Shown: piece after piece, positions 1 through 9,344 of the stretch
How positions within the stretch are numbered: position 1 is the stretch's first letter
Layout: every line of letters starts with the position of its first letter
Sequence record: DRR723986_9819
Length of the DNA: 36,367 nt
Direction: 5' to 3' (one strand)
Translations under genes and position numbers: made by a program
Notes under the pieces: model-generated
What the model was told of the DNA's origin: nothing
The model's input: the letters and a program-made list of their open reading frames with translations, nothing else
The model's database searches: none

Positions 1-205
1 AGCAATTGTTAGTTACCGAATTTTACGCCTTACCCACTAGTTCGATGTGTTAGTTGCCTTGCAGAAGTACGGGTGGGTGAAAAGCCTTCGCCCGTCGGCT
101 CGATGTCTGCTTGTATGCACAGGTGCTTCAAGGTCTAACCGGCTCCGCTTTGCGCTTATTGCCGACTGGTCAAATGGCTCACGATTCGCCGTAGAGTTAA
201 CAAAA

Positions 206-413
206 GTGCCGTTGGCTCGAAATGGCTTGCGTGTAAATGCAAAGCGGAAGTAATATGTAGAAGGGGAGTTTTTGGTATCCCCAAGACTTAAAGCCTGGTC
301 GATACCAGAATCACGGTAAAGTTAGAAACAGTGCCGTTGGCTCGAAATGGCTTGCGTGAAAATGCAAACCGGATGTAAAATGTAGAAGGGGAATTGTTGG
401 TATCCCCAAGACT
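206..413. repeat. Direct repeat, 2 x 83 bp (206-288 and 331-413), 125-bp period, with conserved hairpins
   Basis: Manual alignment gives 77/83 identical positions; weaker similarity extends ~20 bp upstream of each copy. Each copy has TTGCGT-GWAA-ATGCAA and GGGGA-N10-TCCCC hairpins. Confidence 0.9.
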
Positions 414-546
414 CATTGATAGTGCGGAAAAATGCTATGTCAAAAGTCAGTAGCTGCGGCGGTCTCTACCTGAATAAAATGCAAGACTGGTCAACTGTTA
501 ATTTCTGTGAGTTATCCGCAATACACCCGACTTGAGCCAAACTCCA

Positions 547-2466
547 TTAAGCAATGAATCGCTCGTGCCACATTGCCAGCTTAAGCAGTGAATACAGCGA
601 CTTGCCGCCACGCAGCTGGCCGGCGCGGTGTGCAGTGAAGAATGACTCCAGCTTGCTGCGCTTAAACAGGCCTGTCTCCATCAGCGAGCCATTCAGCAGG
701 CGGTCCTGTACCAGCTTAACAAACGGCCCGCGCATCCACTCGTCGATTGGCGCTGCAAAACCCTGCTTCTTGCGGTAAATGATGTCCTTCGGCAAAATCG
801 ACTCTACCGCCTGTTTTAACAGAACCTTCGCCTGGCGGTTATCCGGCGTTTTGAGTCGCGCCGGCAGGGACATGCTGAATTCAACCAGCCGGTGATCCAA
901 AAACGGGACACGTGCCTCCAGCGAATTTGCCATCGTCATCTTGTCCACACGCATCAGCAGAATCTCGGGCAGCCGGTGACTTAACTCATAAAACAGGATC
1001 TGCTGTAGAATGTCCGCGTCGGGATTCTGGCGTAACCCATCCTGGTGGATCGCCGCCACAGAGTCGCTCGGGACATTTAAGAGGTCAAATTTGTCTTTGT
1101 TTAACAGCTGCCTGAGATGGCTTGGCGTCAGGTCTACGCCGCCGCCCCAGTAAGTGCTGCCTTCGCCGCTTGCACGGCGCAGATAGTCCAGGGCCAGGTA
1201 TTGCTTGCGCCAATTAAACACTGGGCTCAGTCCGCCAAAGATCAATTTGCGCACAAAACCGGGTAACATGCGGAAAGTCTTGAGCGGGCCATTCATAAAA
1301 CGCACATCGCGTAACATCCACTCATAACCGGCAAACTGTTCGTCGCTGCCTTCCCCCACCTGAATCACGGTTGTGCCGGATGCACGTGTTAATTTTGAAA
1401 CATGGTACAGCGGAATATTTACTGGGTCGCCATTGGGCTCATCCTGGTGCCAGGTGATGTCCTCCAGCGCTTCCAGTGCTTCCTCATGCCCAATCAATAC
1501 TTCGTGGTATGAGGACTTAAACAGGTCGGCGACGCGTTTGGCGTACTCTAACTCATTGTACTGCTGCAATTCGCGGTAGCCGACTGTGAAGGTGTCCACC
1601 GGCTGCGTCATTAACTCAGACATCAGCGCTACATTTGTGCTCGAATCTATGCCGCCGCTCAGGAACACGCCAAAAGGCACGTCACTCACCATGCGGTCGG
1701 CTACGGCTTCGCGCAGCAGGCGCATGATTTCTTCCTGCGCTTCCTGTGCATCAATGTCGCGTCTCTGAGTGTTCTGGTTATACGGTGTCCAGTATGCGCG
1801 TGTCGTCACACTCCCATCGCTGGTGAGTGTCATGCTGTGGCCGGGGCGCAACTTGTTAATGCCCTTAAACAAAGTCTCGTCGCGACCGGACATTGAGAGT
1901 GCCAGCACGTGTGTGACCTGCTGCTCATTCATTTGGCAGCTTATCGCAGGATGGCGGATTATCGCTTTAATCTCAGAGGCAAACAAAAAGCGGCCGTTCT
2001 CAAGAGAAAAGTAAAAGGGTTTAATTCCAATGCGGTCACGTGCGCAGAACAGTTCCTTTTTGAGGTCGTCCCAAATTGCCAGGCCCCACATGCCACGCAT
2101 GCGTTCCAGAATATCGGCGCCGTATTCCTGAAAGCCGTAGAGAATCGCCTCCGTGTCGGTGCGTCCGCGGAAGCTGTAGCCACGCTGCTCCAGGTCACGG
2201 CGTAATTCCAGGTGATTGTAAACCTCGCCGTTAAACACAATCGTAAATCGCCCGTCGGCCGTGCACATCGGTTGGTGGCCGGCCGAACTGAGATCAATAA
2301 TCGAGAGGCGTCTGAATGCAAAACCAAGACGCTGATTTGGTGAGATCCACGTGCCCTCGTCATCCGGCCCACGATGCTGAATTGCGGAACTCATGCGTAA
2401 CAGGACGTCCTCGGAAACTTGTCCCGAGCGCGTCTGCATCTCAAAAATGCCCGCAATTCCACACAT
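547..2466 (-). CDS. asnB: Asparagine synthase (glutamine-hydrolysing) family amidotransferase
   Basis: N-terminal MCGIAG (Cys2 nucleophile), HRGPDD, RLSIID, FNGEVYN, ARDRIGIKP, LSGGIDSS, GEGSDE, RVDKMTMANSLEARVPFLDH; 639 aa. Confidence 0.95.
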   Translation of the reverse strand: MCGIAGIFEMQTRSGQVSEDVLLRMSSAIQHRGPDDEGTWISPNQRLGFAFRRLSIIDLSSAGHQPMCTADGRFTIVFNGEVYNHLELRRDLEQRGYSFRGRTDTEAILYGFQEYGADILERMRGMWGLAIWDDLKKELFCARDRIGIKPFYFSLENGRFLFASEIKAIIRHPAISCQMNEQQVTHVLALSMSGRDETLFKGINKLRPGHSMTLTSDGSVTTRAYWTPYNQNTQRRDIDAQEAQEEIMRLLREAVADRMVSDVPFGVFLSGGIDSSTNVALMSELMTQPVDTFTVGYRELQQYNELEYAKRVADLFKSSYHEVLIGHEEALEALEDITWHQDEPNGDPVNIPLYHVSKLTRASGTTVIQVGEGSDEQFAGYEWMLRDVRFMNGPLKTFRMLPGFVRKLIFGGLSPVFNWRKQYLALDYLRRASGEGSTYWGGGVDLTPSHLRQLLNKDKFDLLNVPSDSVAAIHQDGLRQNPDADILQQILFYELSHRLPEILLMRVDKMTMANSLEARVPFLDHRLVEFSMSLPARLKTPDNRQAKVLLKQAVESILPKDIIYRKKQGFAAPIDEWMRGPFVKLVQDRLLNGSLMETGLFKRSKLESFFTAHRAGQLRGGKSLYSLLKLAMWHERFIA

Positions 2467-2553
2467 GTAGCGCTACTCCAGAGTCGAATGTTCCGCCGTC
2501 TTTGTTTAACTCCCCCTGTCTGGGTTTATGCCGTTCACGGGGGAGTGCAAGAC

Positions 2554-3723
2554 TTATGACTTTCCGAGGAACTCAGCAATTGAGTTAACAACGTACTGAA
2601 TTTGTTCGTTGTTAAGTTCCGGATAAATCGGGAGTGCTAAAACGTGCGCGGCGCAGTTGTCTGATACCGGGTAGGCATCACTGCTGGACGGCAAATTCTT
2701 AAAACACTCCTGCCTGTGGAACGGAATAGGGTAATATACACCGGAGCCGATATTGCGTTCACGCAGGAATGCCATTAACGCATCGCGCTGTTCAACGCGG
2801 ATGACGTATTGGTGGTATACATGGAAGTGGCGCAGATCCGTATCGCGGTACATCGCGGCCGGCAGTAAAACGCGGTTGTTTGTGTTGTAGGTCGTGTGCC
2901 CTTCACCTTCTGCCAGACCCGCTTGTTTAAACAAGCTCGTGTACAAATCTGCAATTTCAATATTGCGATCGGTCCACTGGTCCAGGCGTCGTAGTTTAAT
3001 TCGCAGCACGGCCGCCTGCAAAGCATCCATACGGAAGTTGCCGCCCACTACGCGGTGAATATAACGTTGTTCGCCACCATGCACACGCATGATTTTCATC
3101 ATGTGGAAGAGCTCGTCGTCATCGCAGGTTATCAGCCCGGCATCACCAAACGCACCCAGGTTTTTCGTGGGGTAAAATGAGAAACAGGCTACGCGACCCA
3201 GGCCGCCCGCATGACGACCATTTTTATACACAGCTGCGATCGATTGAGCGGCATCTTCGACAACCTGAATGTTATGCTCGGCAGCGATTGCGTTGATTTC
3301 GTCCATGGCTGCGCACTGTCCGTAGAGGTGCACAGGTATGATGACTTTGGTTTTGTCGCTGATTTTAGCGCGCACCTGCTCTGGGTCAATACAGAACGAT
3401 ACGGGGTCGATATCCACAAAAACCGGAACGGCATTTAAGCGCGATACTACACCGGCGGTGGCAAAGAAGGAGAAGGTCGGGACGATAACTTCGTCGCCGG
3501 GGCCAACGCCCAGCGCCATCAGCGCCAACAGCAGAGCGTCGGTACCGCTGGTAACGCCAAGGGCATGTTTAACGCCCAGGTATTCGGCCATTTCCTGTTC
3601 AAAGGCTTCCACTTCGGGGCCCAGCGCCAGAATCTGAGAGTCGGCTACGCGCAGCATTGCGGCTTCGATTTCAGGCTTGAGCGCTGCGTACTGTGTTTTC
3701 AGGTCGAGAATCGGGACATTCAT
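2554..3723 (-). CDS. DegT/DnrJ/EryC1/StrS family PLP-dependent sugar aminotransferase
   Basis: SGTDALLLAL, PVHLYGQ, EDAAQS, SFYPTKNLGAFGDAG (PLP Lys), NFRMDALQAA, LALPIYPEL. Confidence 0.95.
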   Translation of the reverse strand: MNVPILDLKTQYAALKPEIEAAMLRVADSQILALGPEVEAFEQEMAEYLGVKHALGVTSGTDALLLALMALGVGPGDEVIVPTFSFFATAGVVSRLNAVPVFVDIDPVSFCIDPEQVRAKISDKTKVIIPVHLYGQCAAMDEINAIAAEHNIQVVEDAAQSIAAVYKNGRHAGGLGRVACFSFYPTKNLGAFGDAGLITCDDDELFHMMKIMRVHGGEQRYIHRVVGGNFRMDALQAAVLRIKLRRLDQWTDRNIEIADLYTSLFKQAGLAEGEGHTTYNTNNRVLLPAAMYRDTDLRHFHVYHQYVIRVEQRDALMAFLRERNIGSGVYYPIPFHRQECFKNLPSSSDAYPVSDNCAAHVLALPIYPELNNEQIQYVVNSIAEFLGKS

Positions 3724-3788
3724 AAACGACAGATTTCCAGATTGAATACCGGGCTGCGCAGTTCGTGTTGCGCGGCTCCAAACATTGG

Positions 3789-4925
3789 TCAGACAAATTT
3801 TTCGCCGAAGCGTGCGCGCATCTCTTTGACTATTTTTTTGACGTCCTGCAGGCGTGAGCGCGGGCAGAGCAGGATGCCGTCATCGGTCGTTACAAGTACA
3901 ACATCTTCCATGCCGATAGCAGCCACGGCCATAGGGCGTTGTTCGCTACCGGCATTGATGACCAGGCTGTTTTGTACGTCGAGCAAGACCACATCACCCT
4001 GGGTGACGTTGCCGTCGTCGTCGGCCGGATGCGCGCGTTCAATCGCATCCAATGATCCGACATCATCCCAGGCAAATTGTGCCGGAATGACGGCAACACT
4101 CGAAGCTTTTTCCATCAGGCCGTAATCGATCGAGATATCCGGGAAAGCGTCAAACACTTCGCGGATGGCGGCATGTGCACCTTCCACGGTCTCGCCGGTC
4201 GTGTTTTTGAGGCCGCTGCGTAAATCATCGACTTTGCCGCCGATTTGCGGCAGGCAGCTATTGAGTTCTTCGTGCAGGACGTCGTAGCGCCAGAAGAACA
4301 TGCCTGAATTCCAGAGGAAATTGCCTGCATCCACATATCCACGTGCACGCGCTTCATCTGGTTTTTCGTGGAAACTGCTGACGGGCAAAGCCGGGAAGTC
4401 ACCCGTCTGCGATGCCGCTGCATCGTATTCGATGTAACCGTAACCCGTGGCAGGTCGCGTGGGCCGTACGCCCAGCGTCACCAGATCGCGGCTTGTAGCT
4501 GCGTGTTCCAGAGCGGCGTCGATCGTACTGCAGAACAGCTCCGGGTTGCCGATTGCGTGGTCGGCCGTCAGAACTGCAATCGTCAGCGGGTCGTCTTCCG
4601 CCAGAGCATCGACGTTGAGGCGTTCAGCGATAAAGGCTGCGCCCAGCGCAATGCATCCGGCCGTGTTGCGCTTGGAAGGCTCGGCTACCACGTTCGCCGC
4701 CGGCACATGTTTGATTTCTGCGCGGATCACCGACTGCAGAATCTCGCTGGTAATAATGAAGACATTCTCGGGCGGGATGACCGGCGCGATGCGATCAATG
4801 GCTTCCTGCAGCATCGAAGCGTCAGGATTCGTCAACTTAAGGAGCTGTTTTGGACGGCGTTTGCGGCTCAGGGGCCAGAAGCGTTCGCCGGCGCCACCGG
4901 CCATGATAATTGCTGTTTTTGGCAT
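3789..4925 (-). CDS. manC: Mannose-1-phosphate guanylyltransferase
   Basis: IMAGGAGERFWPLSR..PKQ, EPSKRNTA, ADH, TGYGYI, FHEKPD, WNSGMF, ISIDYGLME, WDDVGS; no C-terminal PMI cupin. Confidence 0.92.
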   Translation of the reverse strand: MPKTAIIMAGGAGERFWPLSRKRRPKQLLKLTNPDASMLQEAIDRIAPVIPPENVFIITSEILQSVIRAEIKHVPAANVVAEPSKRNTAGCIALGAAFIAERLNVDALAEDDPLTIAVLTADHAIGNPELFCSTIDAALEHAATSRDLVTLGVRPTRPATGYGYIEYDAAASQTGDFPALPVSSFHEKPDEARARGYVDAGNFLWNSGMFFWRYDVLHEELNSCLPQIGGKVDDLRSGLKNTTGETVEGAHAAIREVFDAFPDISIDYGLMEKASSVAVIPAQFAWDDVGSLDAIERAHPADDDGNVTQGDVVLLDVQNSLVINAGSEQRPMAVAAIGMEDVVLVTTDDGILLCPRSRLQDVKKIVKEMRARFGEKFV

Positions 4926-5025
4926 TCAGGCTTTGCTGTGTTTTCTTCCGGAAATCATTCCGTTTTGGATTGTCTGTTGTGACGTGCGGAAGCACCTTCC
5001 GCATGCAAATTTGTACTGCACACTC

Positions 5026-6057
5026 TTACCACTTCTGTGGCGCCGTAAACGCCGGCATGCCCTGTTGCAGCAGTTCCTGAGCTATCTGGACGGCATTCGT
5101 GGCCGCGCCTTTGCGCACATTGTCGGCTACAACCCACATGTGCAGGCCGTTTGGATGTGAGTTGTCGGGCCGAATGCGCCCCACAAACACCTCGTTTTTG
5201 CCCTCGGCTTTTACGCAGGTTGGATAGACGTTTTTCTGTGGTTTGTCCTGAACAACTATCCCCGGAGTATTGCTGAGCAATTCGCGGACTTCCGCAATAT
5301 TTACAGGCACCGCCAGCTCAACCTGGACTGCTTCACCGTGGCCGCCCAGGACCGGAACGCGCACGCAGGTAGCCGTAATCGGAAGCTCCGGACGCAGCAG
5401 AATTTTGCGCGTTTCATTGATCATCTTGAGTTCTTCTTCGCTGTAACCGTCCTGTTCCGCGATGTCATGGAACAGTGTATTAAAAGCCACGCGATGTGGG
5501 AAAGGCGATTTGCCGCCGGCTCGTTTGGCCAATTCGTCGTGCAGCTGCTGCACACCTTTTTCACCGGCACCGCTGGGCGACTGATACGTCGAAACGTTGA
5601 CCCGTTTTATGCCGAAGGCATTTTCCAGTGGCTCCAGCGCCACCAGCATTTGAATCGTCGAGCAATTCGGATTTGCAATGATGCCGCAGTGTTCGCGTAG
5701 CGCCGTCGGATTTACTTCCGGCACTACCAGCGGTACCTGCGGATGCATGCGCCAGGCGCTTGAATTGTCAATCACTACCGCGCCGGCCGCTACCGCAATC
5801 GGTGCAAACTCCCTGCTGATGTCCCCGCCGGCCGAAAACAAGGCGATGTCAACATCCTTAAACGAGTCAGGCGTCAGCTGCCGAACCGTATGCACGTGCT
5901 CACGCATCTTTATCTGCCTGCCTACCGAACGTGCGGATGCCAGCAGGCGGATGTCGGAATGCGGGAATTGCGTTTCGTGCAGAACCTGCAGCATCGTCCG
6001 GCCTACAAGACCGGTAGCGCCAACTATGGCGATCGAGGGGGAGTTTGGGATGGACAT
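5026..6057 (-). CDS. asd: Aspartate-semialdehyde dehydrogenase
   Basis: VGATGLVG, IDNSSAWRM, PLVVPEVN, ANPNCSTIQ (catalytic Cys), TYQSPSGAG, ADNVRKGAATNAVQIA; start placed at ATG 6057. Confidence 0.96.
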   Translation of the reverse strand: MSIPNSPSIAIVGATGLVGRTMLQVLHETQFPHSDIRLLASARSVGRQIKMREHVHTVRQLTPDSFKDVDIALFSAGGDISREFAPIAVAAGAVVIDNSSAWRMHPQVPLVVPEVNPTALREHCGIIANPNCSTIQMLVALEPLENAFGIKRVNVSTYQSPSGAGEKGVQQLHDELAKRAGGKSPFPHRVAFNTLFHDIAEQDGYSEEELKMINETRKILLRPELPITATCVRVPVLGGHGEAVQVELAVPVNIAEVRELLSNTPGIVVQDKPQKNVYPTCVKAEGKNEVFVGRIRPDNSHPNGLHMWVVADNVRKGAATNAVQIAQELLQQGMPAFTAPQKW

Positions 6058-6093
6058 AAGTGACAAATATACGAATTTCGCCACGGTCAAAGC

Positions 6094-7542
6094 TCAAGAA
6101 GGCGTGCTCTGCGTCGATTTGCCGGCCGTTGGCAGGTACCGCAAGTAAACTGATTGTATGGTGCGCCGGTCTTTGGCCGCCACCGTCAGCTCATAATCTG
6201 CAAATTGACGCGTTTCATGCAGGTCGGGGATTTTCTCAAACAGGACATTCACAAAACCGCCAACAGTGTCATACTGCTCACCTTCCGGCAGTGGCGTTGG
6301 AAGCAGGCGGTTGGCATCAGCAATTGCCGCGGCAGCATTTACGGTGAATTCGCCCGCCGCAGTCTCCTGTACCATCGGCTCTTCTTTGTCAAACTCATCC
6401 TGAATCTCGCCGACGAGTTCTTCAATGATGTCTTCCATTGTCACCAGCCCGGCGGTGCCTCCGAACTCATCAATTACAATCGCCAAGTGCAGGCGCTGCT
6501 GCTGGAATTCGCGCAGCAGTTCACTGATGCCTTTGTGCTCCGCCACAAAAAAGGGCGGACGCATCAAATCCTGCAGGATGATCAGATTGTTGTGCTCAAC
6601 CATACTCAGCAAATCCTTGGCGTACACAACTCCCAGAATATTATCGAGCGAACCTTCGTAAACCGGCACGCGTGAATATCCCTCTTCGATACATTTGCGC
6701 ATGATTTCCGACGTGGAAGATGTCACCTCCAGCGCAGCAATCTGCGGCCGCGCCACCATAATCTGTTTGACGGTTCTGTGCCTGAAGGCAAACACTTTTG
6801 TGATCAGTTCATGTGAGGTCGGGTCAATTTCACCGCTGCGCCTGCTCTGTTCCACGATATTGAGCAGGTCACTGGTACTGTGGCGTTCGCCGTGCTGAAT
6901 GCGCCGCATGCCAAAGAGCCGCAAGAGTAAATCCGCCAGAAAATCTACCAGCCGCACAGCCGGCCAGGCGATCAATGCAAACAGACGCAGCGGACCGGCG
7001 CTCAACTTCAATGCCAGTGCCGGACGGTGATATGCAAGAGTCTTTGGGATAATCTCAGCAAAGAGTGAATGCAGTAGCGTCAATCCACCAAAAATCACCA
7101 GAAAAATCAGGAGCTGGACCAGGCTGCCGTCACGCAGCATGGCACCCAACTGGGACTCATTCGCAAAATATTGCCCAAGTGTGACCAGCAGGTCCGCCGC
7201 TATCCAGCCGATTGCCAGGCTCGAAGCCGTAATGCCCAGCTGCGTTGCGGCCAGGAATGCCGTGGGATCTTTGACAATTGGAGCGGTCAGGCGCTCCATC
7301 AAACCAGCTGCTTGTTTCTCAGCGCTGTTCAGGTTTGTGCTCTCAACTGCCGGGTGATCAGCGCCCTGTTCCGCCAGACCATTGGCTTTCAGGCTGTTGG
7401 CTTTTTGGCCATTAGAATCCGACGGTGGCTGGGAGTCTCCCGTTCCACCGGTTTTTCGCAGACGCGCCACTGCAAACTCGGCTACAACAAAGAAGCCGTT
7501 TAATGCGATCAGCAAAGTCAGCACAATCAGAATAGCCAGCAT
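6094..7542 (-). CDS. Hemolysin-family CNNM(DUF21)/CBS/CorC-HlyC transporter-associated protein
   Basis: LNGFFVVAEFA, TQLGITASSLAIGW, EIIPKTLA, GYSRVPVY, IVIDEFGGTAGLVTMEDIIEELVGEIQDEFD, YDTVGG. Confidence 0.93.
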   Translation of the reverse strand: MLAILIVLTLLIALNGFFVVAEFAVARLRKTGGTGDSQPPSDSNGQKANSLKANGLAEQGADHPAVESTNLNSAEKQAAGLMERLTAPIVKDPTAFLAATQLGITASSLAIGWIAADLLVTLGQYFANESQLGAMLRDGSLVQLLIFLVIFGGLTLLHSLFAEIIPKTLAYHRPALALKLSAGPLRLFALIAWPAVRLVDFLADLLLRLFGMRRIQHGERHSTSDLLNIVEQSRRSGEIDPTSHELITKVFAFRHRTVKQIMVARPQIAALEVTSSTSEIMRKCIEEGYSRVPVYEGSLDNILGVVYAKDLLSMVEHNNLIILQDLMRPPFFVAEHKGISELLREFQQQRLHLAIVIDEFGGTAGLVTMEDIIEELVGEIQDEFDKEEPMVQETAAGEFTVNAAAAIADANRLLPTPLPEGEQYDTVGGFVNVLFEKIPDLHETRQFADYELTVAAKDRRTIQSVYLRYLPTAGKSTQSTPS

Positions 7543-7626
7543 GGGAACAAGTACCTGCGTGTCGGAGAGCGTTTAACTAGTGAGCTGCTAGGCCTCAGGT
7601 ACGTTTCAGTCCTGCAGCCTGCACGC

Positions 7627-8403
7627 TTAGGCGGCGTCGCTCATCGCCGCTAAAAATTGATCCGTGCGCCAATTGACGGGTTTTTCCAGGTGATGCACAA
7701 AGTAACGCGAAAACATCTCGCGCAGCTCCTGCCAGGTCGCCAGCTCACAGGCTGCATCAAAGTCATTAATATCCTGGCATCGGGCCATGGACTGTAAATA
7801 CTGCAGCGAAGCGGGGCGCAGCTTCAGCGATCCTCCGCCCGGATATGATCCAAGGTGCGGCGCCAGCGGCGCTCCGTCAGCAAGCGACATTGTAAATGTA
7901 GCGCTGCTCCGCGGGTCAACGGCTTCTGAGCTGCGCGGACACAAGAGCGGATTCATTGCGATGCCCAGGAAATCCGTCAGCCCAAGGTAAAAATAGAGCA
8001 GCACACCTTTACAGCCATTCTGCGCAGCATTGAGCGAACGCATACAATCTTTTAGGAAGTCGTAGAGTTCCGGGTGCGGGTCGTCGTTTAGCTGCGTGTT
8101 GCCGATCACTTCCGCCATCGTCAGGCCCAGCGTCAATTTGTCAAATGAATCGGTGATTTCGCGGAACGCACTTGCCGTTTCCGCTTTGGCTGCCGTATGC
8201 AAATCTGCGTTGCGCCGTTTGTAGAACGAAATCTGGCTGCAGGCCAGTGGTTCCAGCGGCGAACCGAGGGCGCTTTTAGTGCGTCGTGAGCCTTTGGCTA
8301 CCAGCGAACATTTGCCGTAGTCGCGCGTGTAGACGCTCACCAGTTTACTGCTCTCGCGGTACTTGCGTGTTTTAAGTATTATCGCTTCAGTTGAGACAAT
8401 CAC
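7627..8403 (-). CDS. recO: DNA repair protein RecO
   Basis: N-terminal OB fold TEAIILKTRKYRESSKLVSVYTRDYGKCSLVAKGSRR..S.LGSPLEPL; 258 aa; GTG start. Confidence 0.9.
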   Translation of the reverse strand: MIVSTEAIILKTRKYRESSKLVSVYTRDYGKCSLVAKGSRRTKSALGSPLEPLACSQISFYKRRNADLHTAAKAETASAFREITDSFDKLTLGLTMAEVIGNTQLNDDPHPELYDFLKDCMRSLNAAQNGCKGVLLYFYLGLTDFLGIAMNPLLCPRSSEAVDPRSSATFTMSLADGAPLAPHLGSYPGGGSLKLRPASLQYLQSMARCQDINDFDAACELATWQELREMFSRYFVHHLEKPVNWRTDQFLAAMSDAA

Positions 8404-8637
8404 AATCTGTTAACTCCGCTGGGATGACCGCGAAAGACACGCACGCCCGGCTGATTTGTTGTTTGCATCAATAGCAGCAGCTGCACCTTGGCCTGTATCT
8501 ACATGTGTGATAGTAATGATTAAGGCCGGAACGCAGCTCTGATAGCTGAACGGCCACCAGCCGGGAGACTGTTCCGCAAAGCCAAAGTCTGGCAGTTTAT
8601 CCGCCGCATGTATTGACCTGCAGTACAGCCCGGTGCC

Positions 8638-8673
8638 AAAAAAAATGCCGGCCGGTGTGGTGTACCGGCCGGC
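8638..8673 (-). terminator. Rho-independent terminator (minus strand)
   Basis: Perfect 10-bp stem GCCGGCCGGT/ACCGGCCGGC (8647-8656/8664-8673) with 7-nt loop; A8 at 8638-8645 is the U-tract on the minus strand. Confidence 0.85.
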
Positions 8674-9095
8674 CAGAGGGAAATCGGGTCTATATCCTTA
8701 AAAGCGATTGCGGCATAAACACGGGATCAATTCCGATGTCGATCTGCCTACGGGTTGCGGCGGCGAACCCCGTAGAATCGAAATCGTACAATAACAACCT
8801 CCGTCCGCTGCGATGTCTCCGCGTGAAAGGTACATTCCGGGATCTTACGTAATGAACTTTCTGGTGCGGCCTCTGCTCCTGCGACTTATCATGGTCGTCA
8901 TATGGTTTGCGCGGGAGCTTACAGCGCTATGTAATTGAATTCTGAATCTGAAACCTTTCCGTCCTGTGTATGCTGAGGTCCGTGGTGGACCCTAGTCCGC
9001 AATAAGTGTCTTTTAATGTCATCGTCTCATAATGAGATGCTGACAAAGGCCGATATCCGCCTTTTGTGTTGAGGTAGATGGTTCGTCTCTCACAC
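8638..9095 (-). ncRNA. Candidate ~460-nt structured small RNA, GGA-rich (Csr/Rsm-like hypothesis)
   Basis: Bounded by the promoter at 9102-9130 and the terminator at 8638-8673; no convincing ORF; many hairpins; 12 GGA on the minus strand vs 4 on the plus strand (hand count), several in hairpin loops. Confidence 0.6.
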
Positions 9096-9101
9096 AGATG
9101 C

Positions 9102-9130
9102 AAACTACACATTGCCGCCGCAGCTATCAA
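9102..9130 (-). promoter_or_regulatory. Promoter TTGATA-N17-TAGTTT (minus strand)
   Basis: -35-like TTGATA at 9130-9125 and -10/-7-like TAGTTT at 9107-9102; same geometry as 18443-18471. Confidence 0.7.
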
Positions 9131-9214
9131 TCGGAAAAGGTCTGATTTTTAGCTAGGGTTTTGCCTGATTTGTCACTAAGAGTTTTCCCGATAAACTACT
9201 AGGGGTTTTTCTTA
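9131..9214. promoter_or_regulatory. Array of four 15-bp inverted-repeat operator boxes, 23-bp period
   Basis: TCGGAAAAGGTCTGA (9131), TAGGGTTTTGCCTGA (9154), TAAGAGTTTTCCCGA (9177), TAGGGGTTTTTCTTA (9200); all fit TMRG-N7-CYKA. Confidence 0.8.
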
Positions 9215-9262
9215 GTAAACCGTTCAAACGTGATCAATACTTAAGCCATGCCACAAAACAGA

Positions 9263-9293
9263 CACTGCGCAGTCAAATTCTGGCTGCGCAGTG
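9263..9293 (-). terminator. Probable terminator hairpin of the response regulator gene
   Basis: CACTGCGCAGTCA-N5-TGGCTGCGCAGTG 13-bp near-perfect stem ~50 nt past the stop at 9345, followed by TCTGTTTTG on the minus strand. Confidence 0.6.
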
Positions 9294-9344
9294 GAAATGT
9301 GCCTCTTGGCGTGTATTACGTTTGAGAATGAATCAATGCCAAAA

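Noticed and set aside
206-413. CRISPR array, twister ribozyme or c-di-GMP riboswitch
   Set aside because: There are only two 83-bp units and no cas genes. The 3' part loosely resembles twister (CCGGAUGUAAAAUGUAGAAGGGG), but the core motifs of twister and c-di-GMP-I are missing.
547-4925. asnB, DegT aminotransferase and manC as aminosugar/tailoring genes for the enediyne
   Set aside because: They lie in a run with asd and recO more than 14 kb from the cassette; an ordinary cell-envelope polysaccharide role is simpler.
2509-5005. Short intergenic hairpins at ~2509-2546, ~3750-3778 and ~4985-5003
   Set aside because: Unrelated in sequence to each other and without U-tracts; ordinary mRNA-stabilising stems, not a REP family.
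7320-7460. Low-complexity ~40-aa insertion near the N-terminus of the hemolysin-family protein
   Set aside because: In-frame variable loop with no repeat or mobile-element signature.
7627-8403. recO as self-resistance to a DNA-cleaving product
   Set aside because: It looks like the normal housekeeping copy heading a core gene run; nothing indicates duplication or co-regulation.
8638-9095. RNase P RNA or tmRNA
   Set aside because: No GAGGAAAGUCC P4 motif and no tRNA-like ends or CCA seen on either strand.
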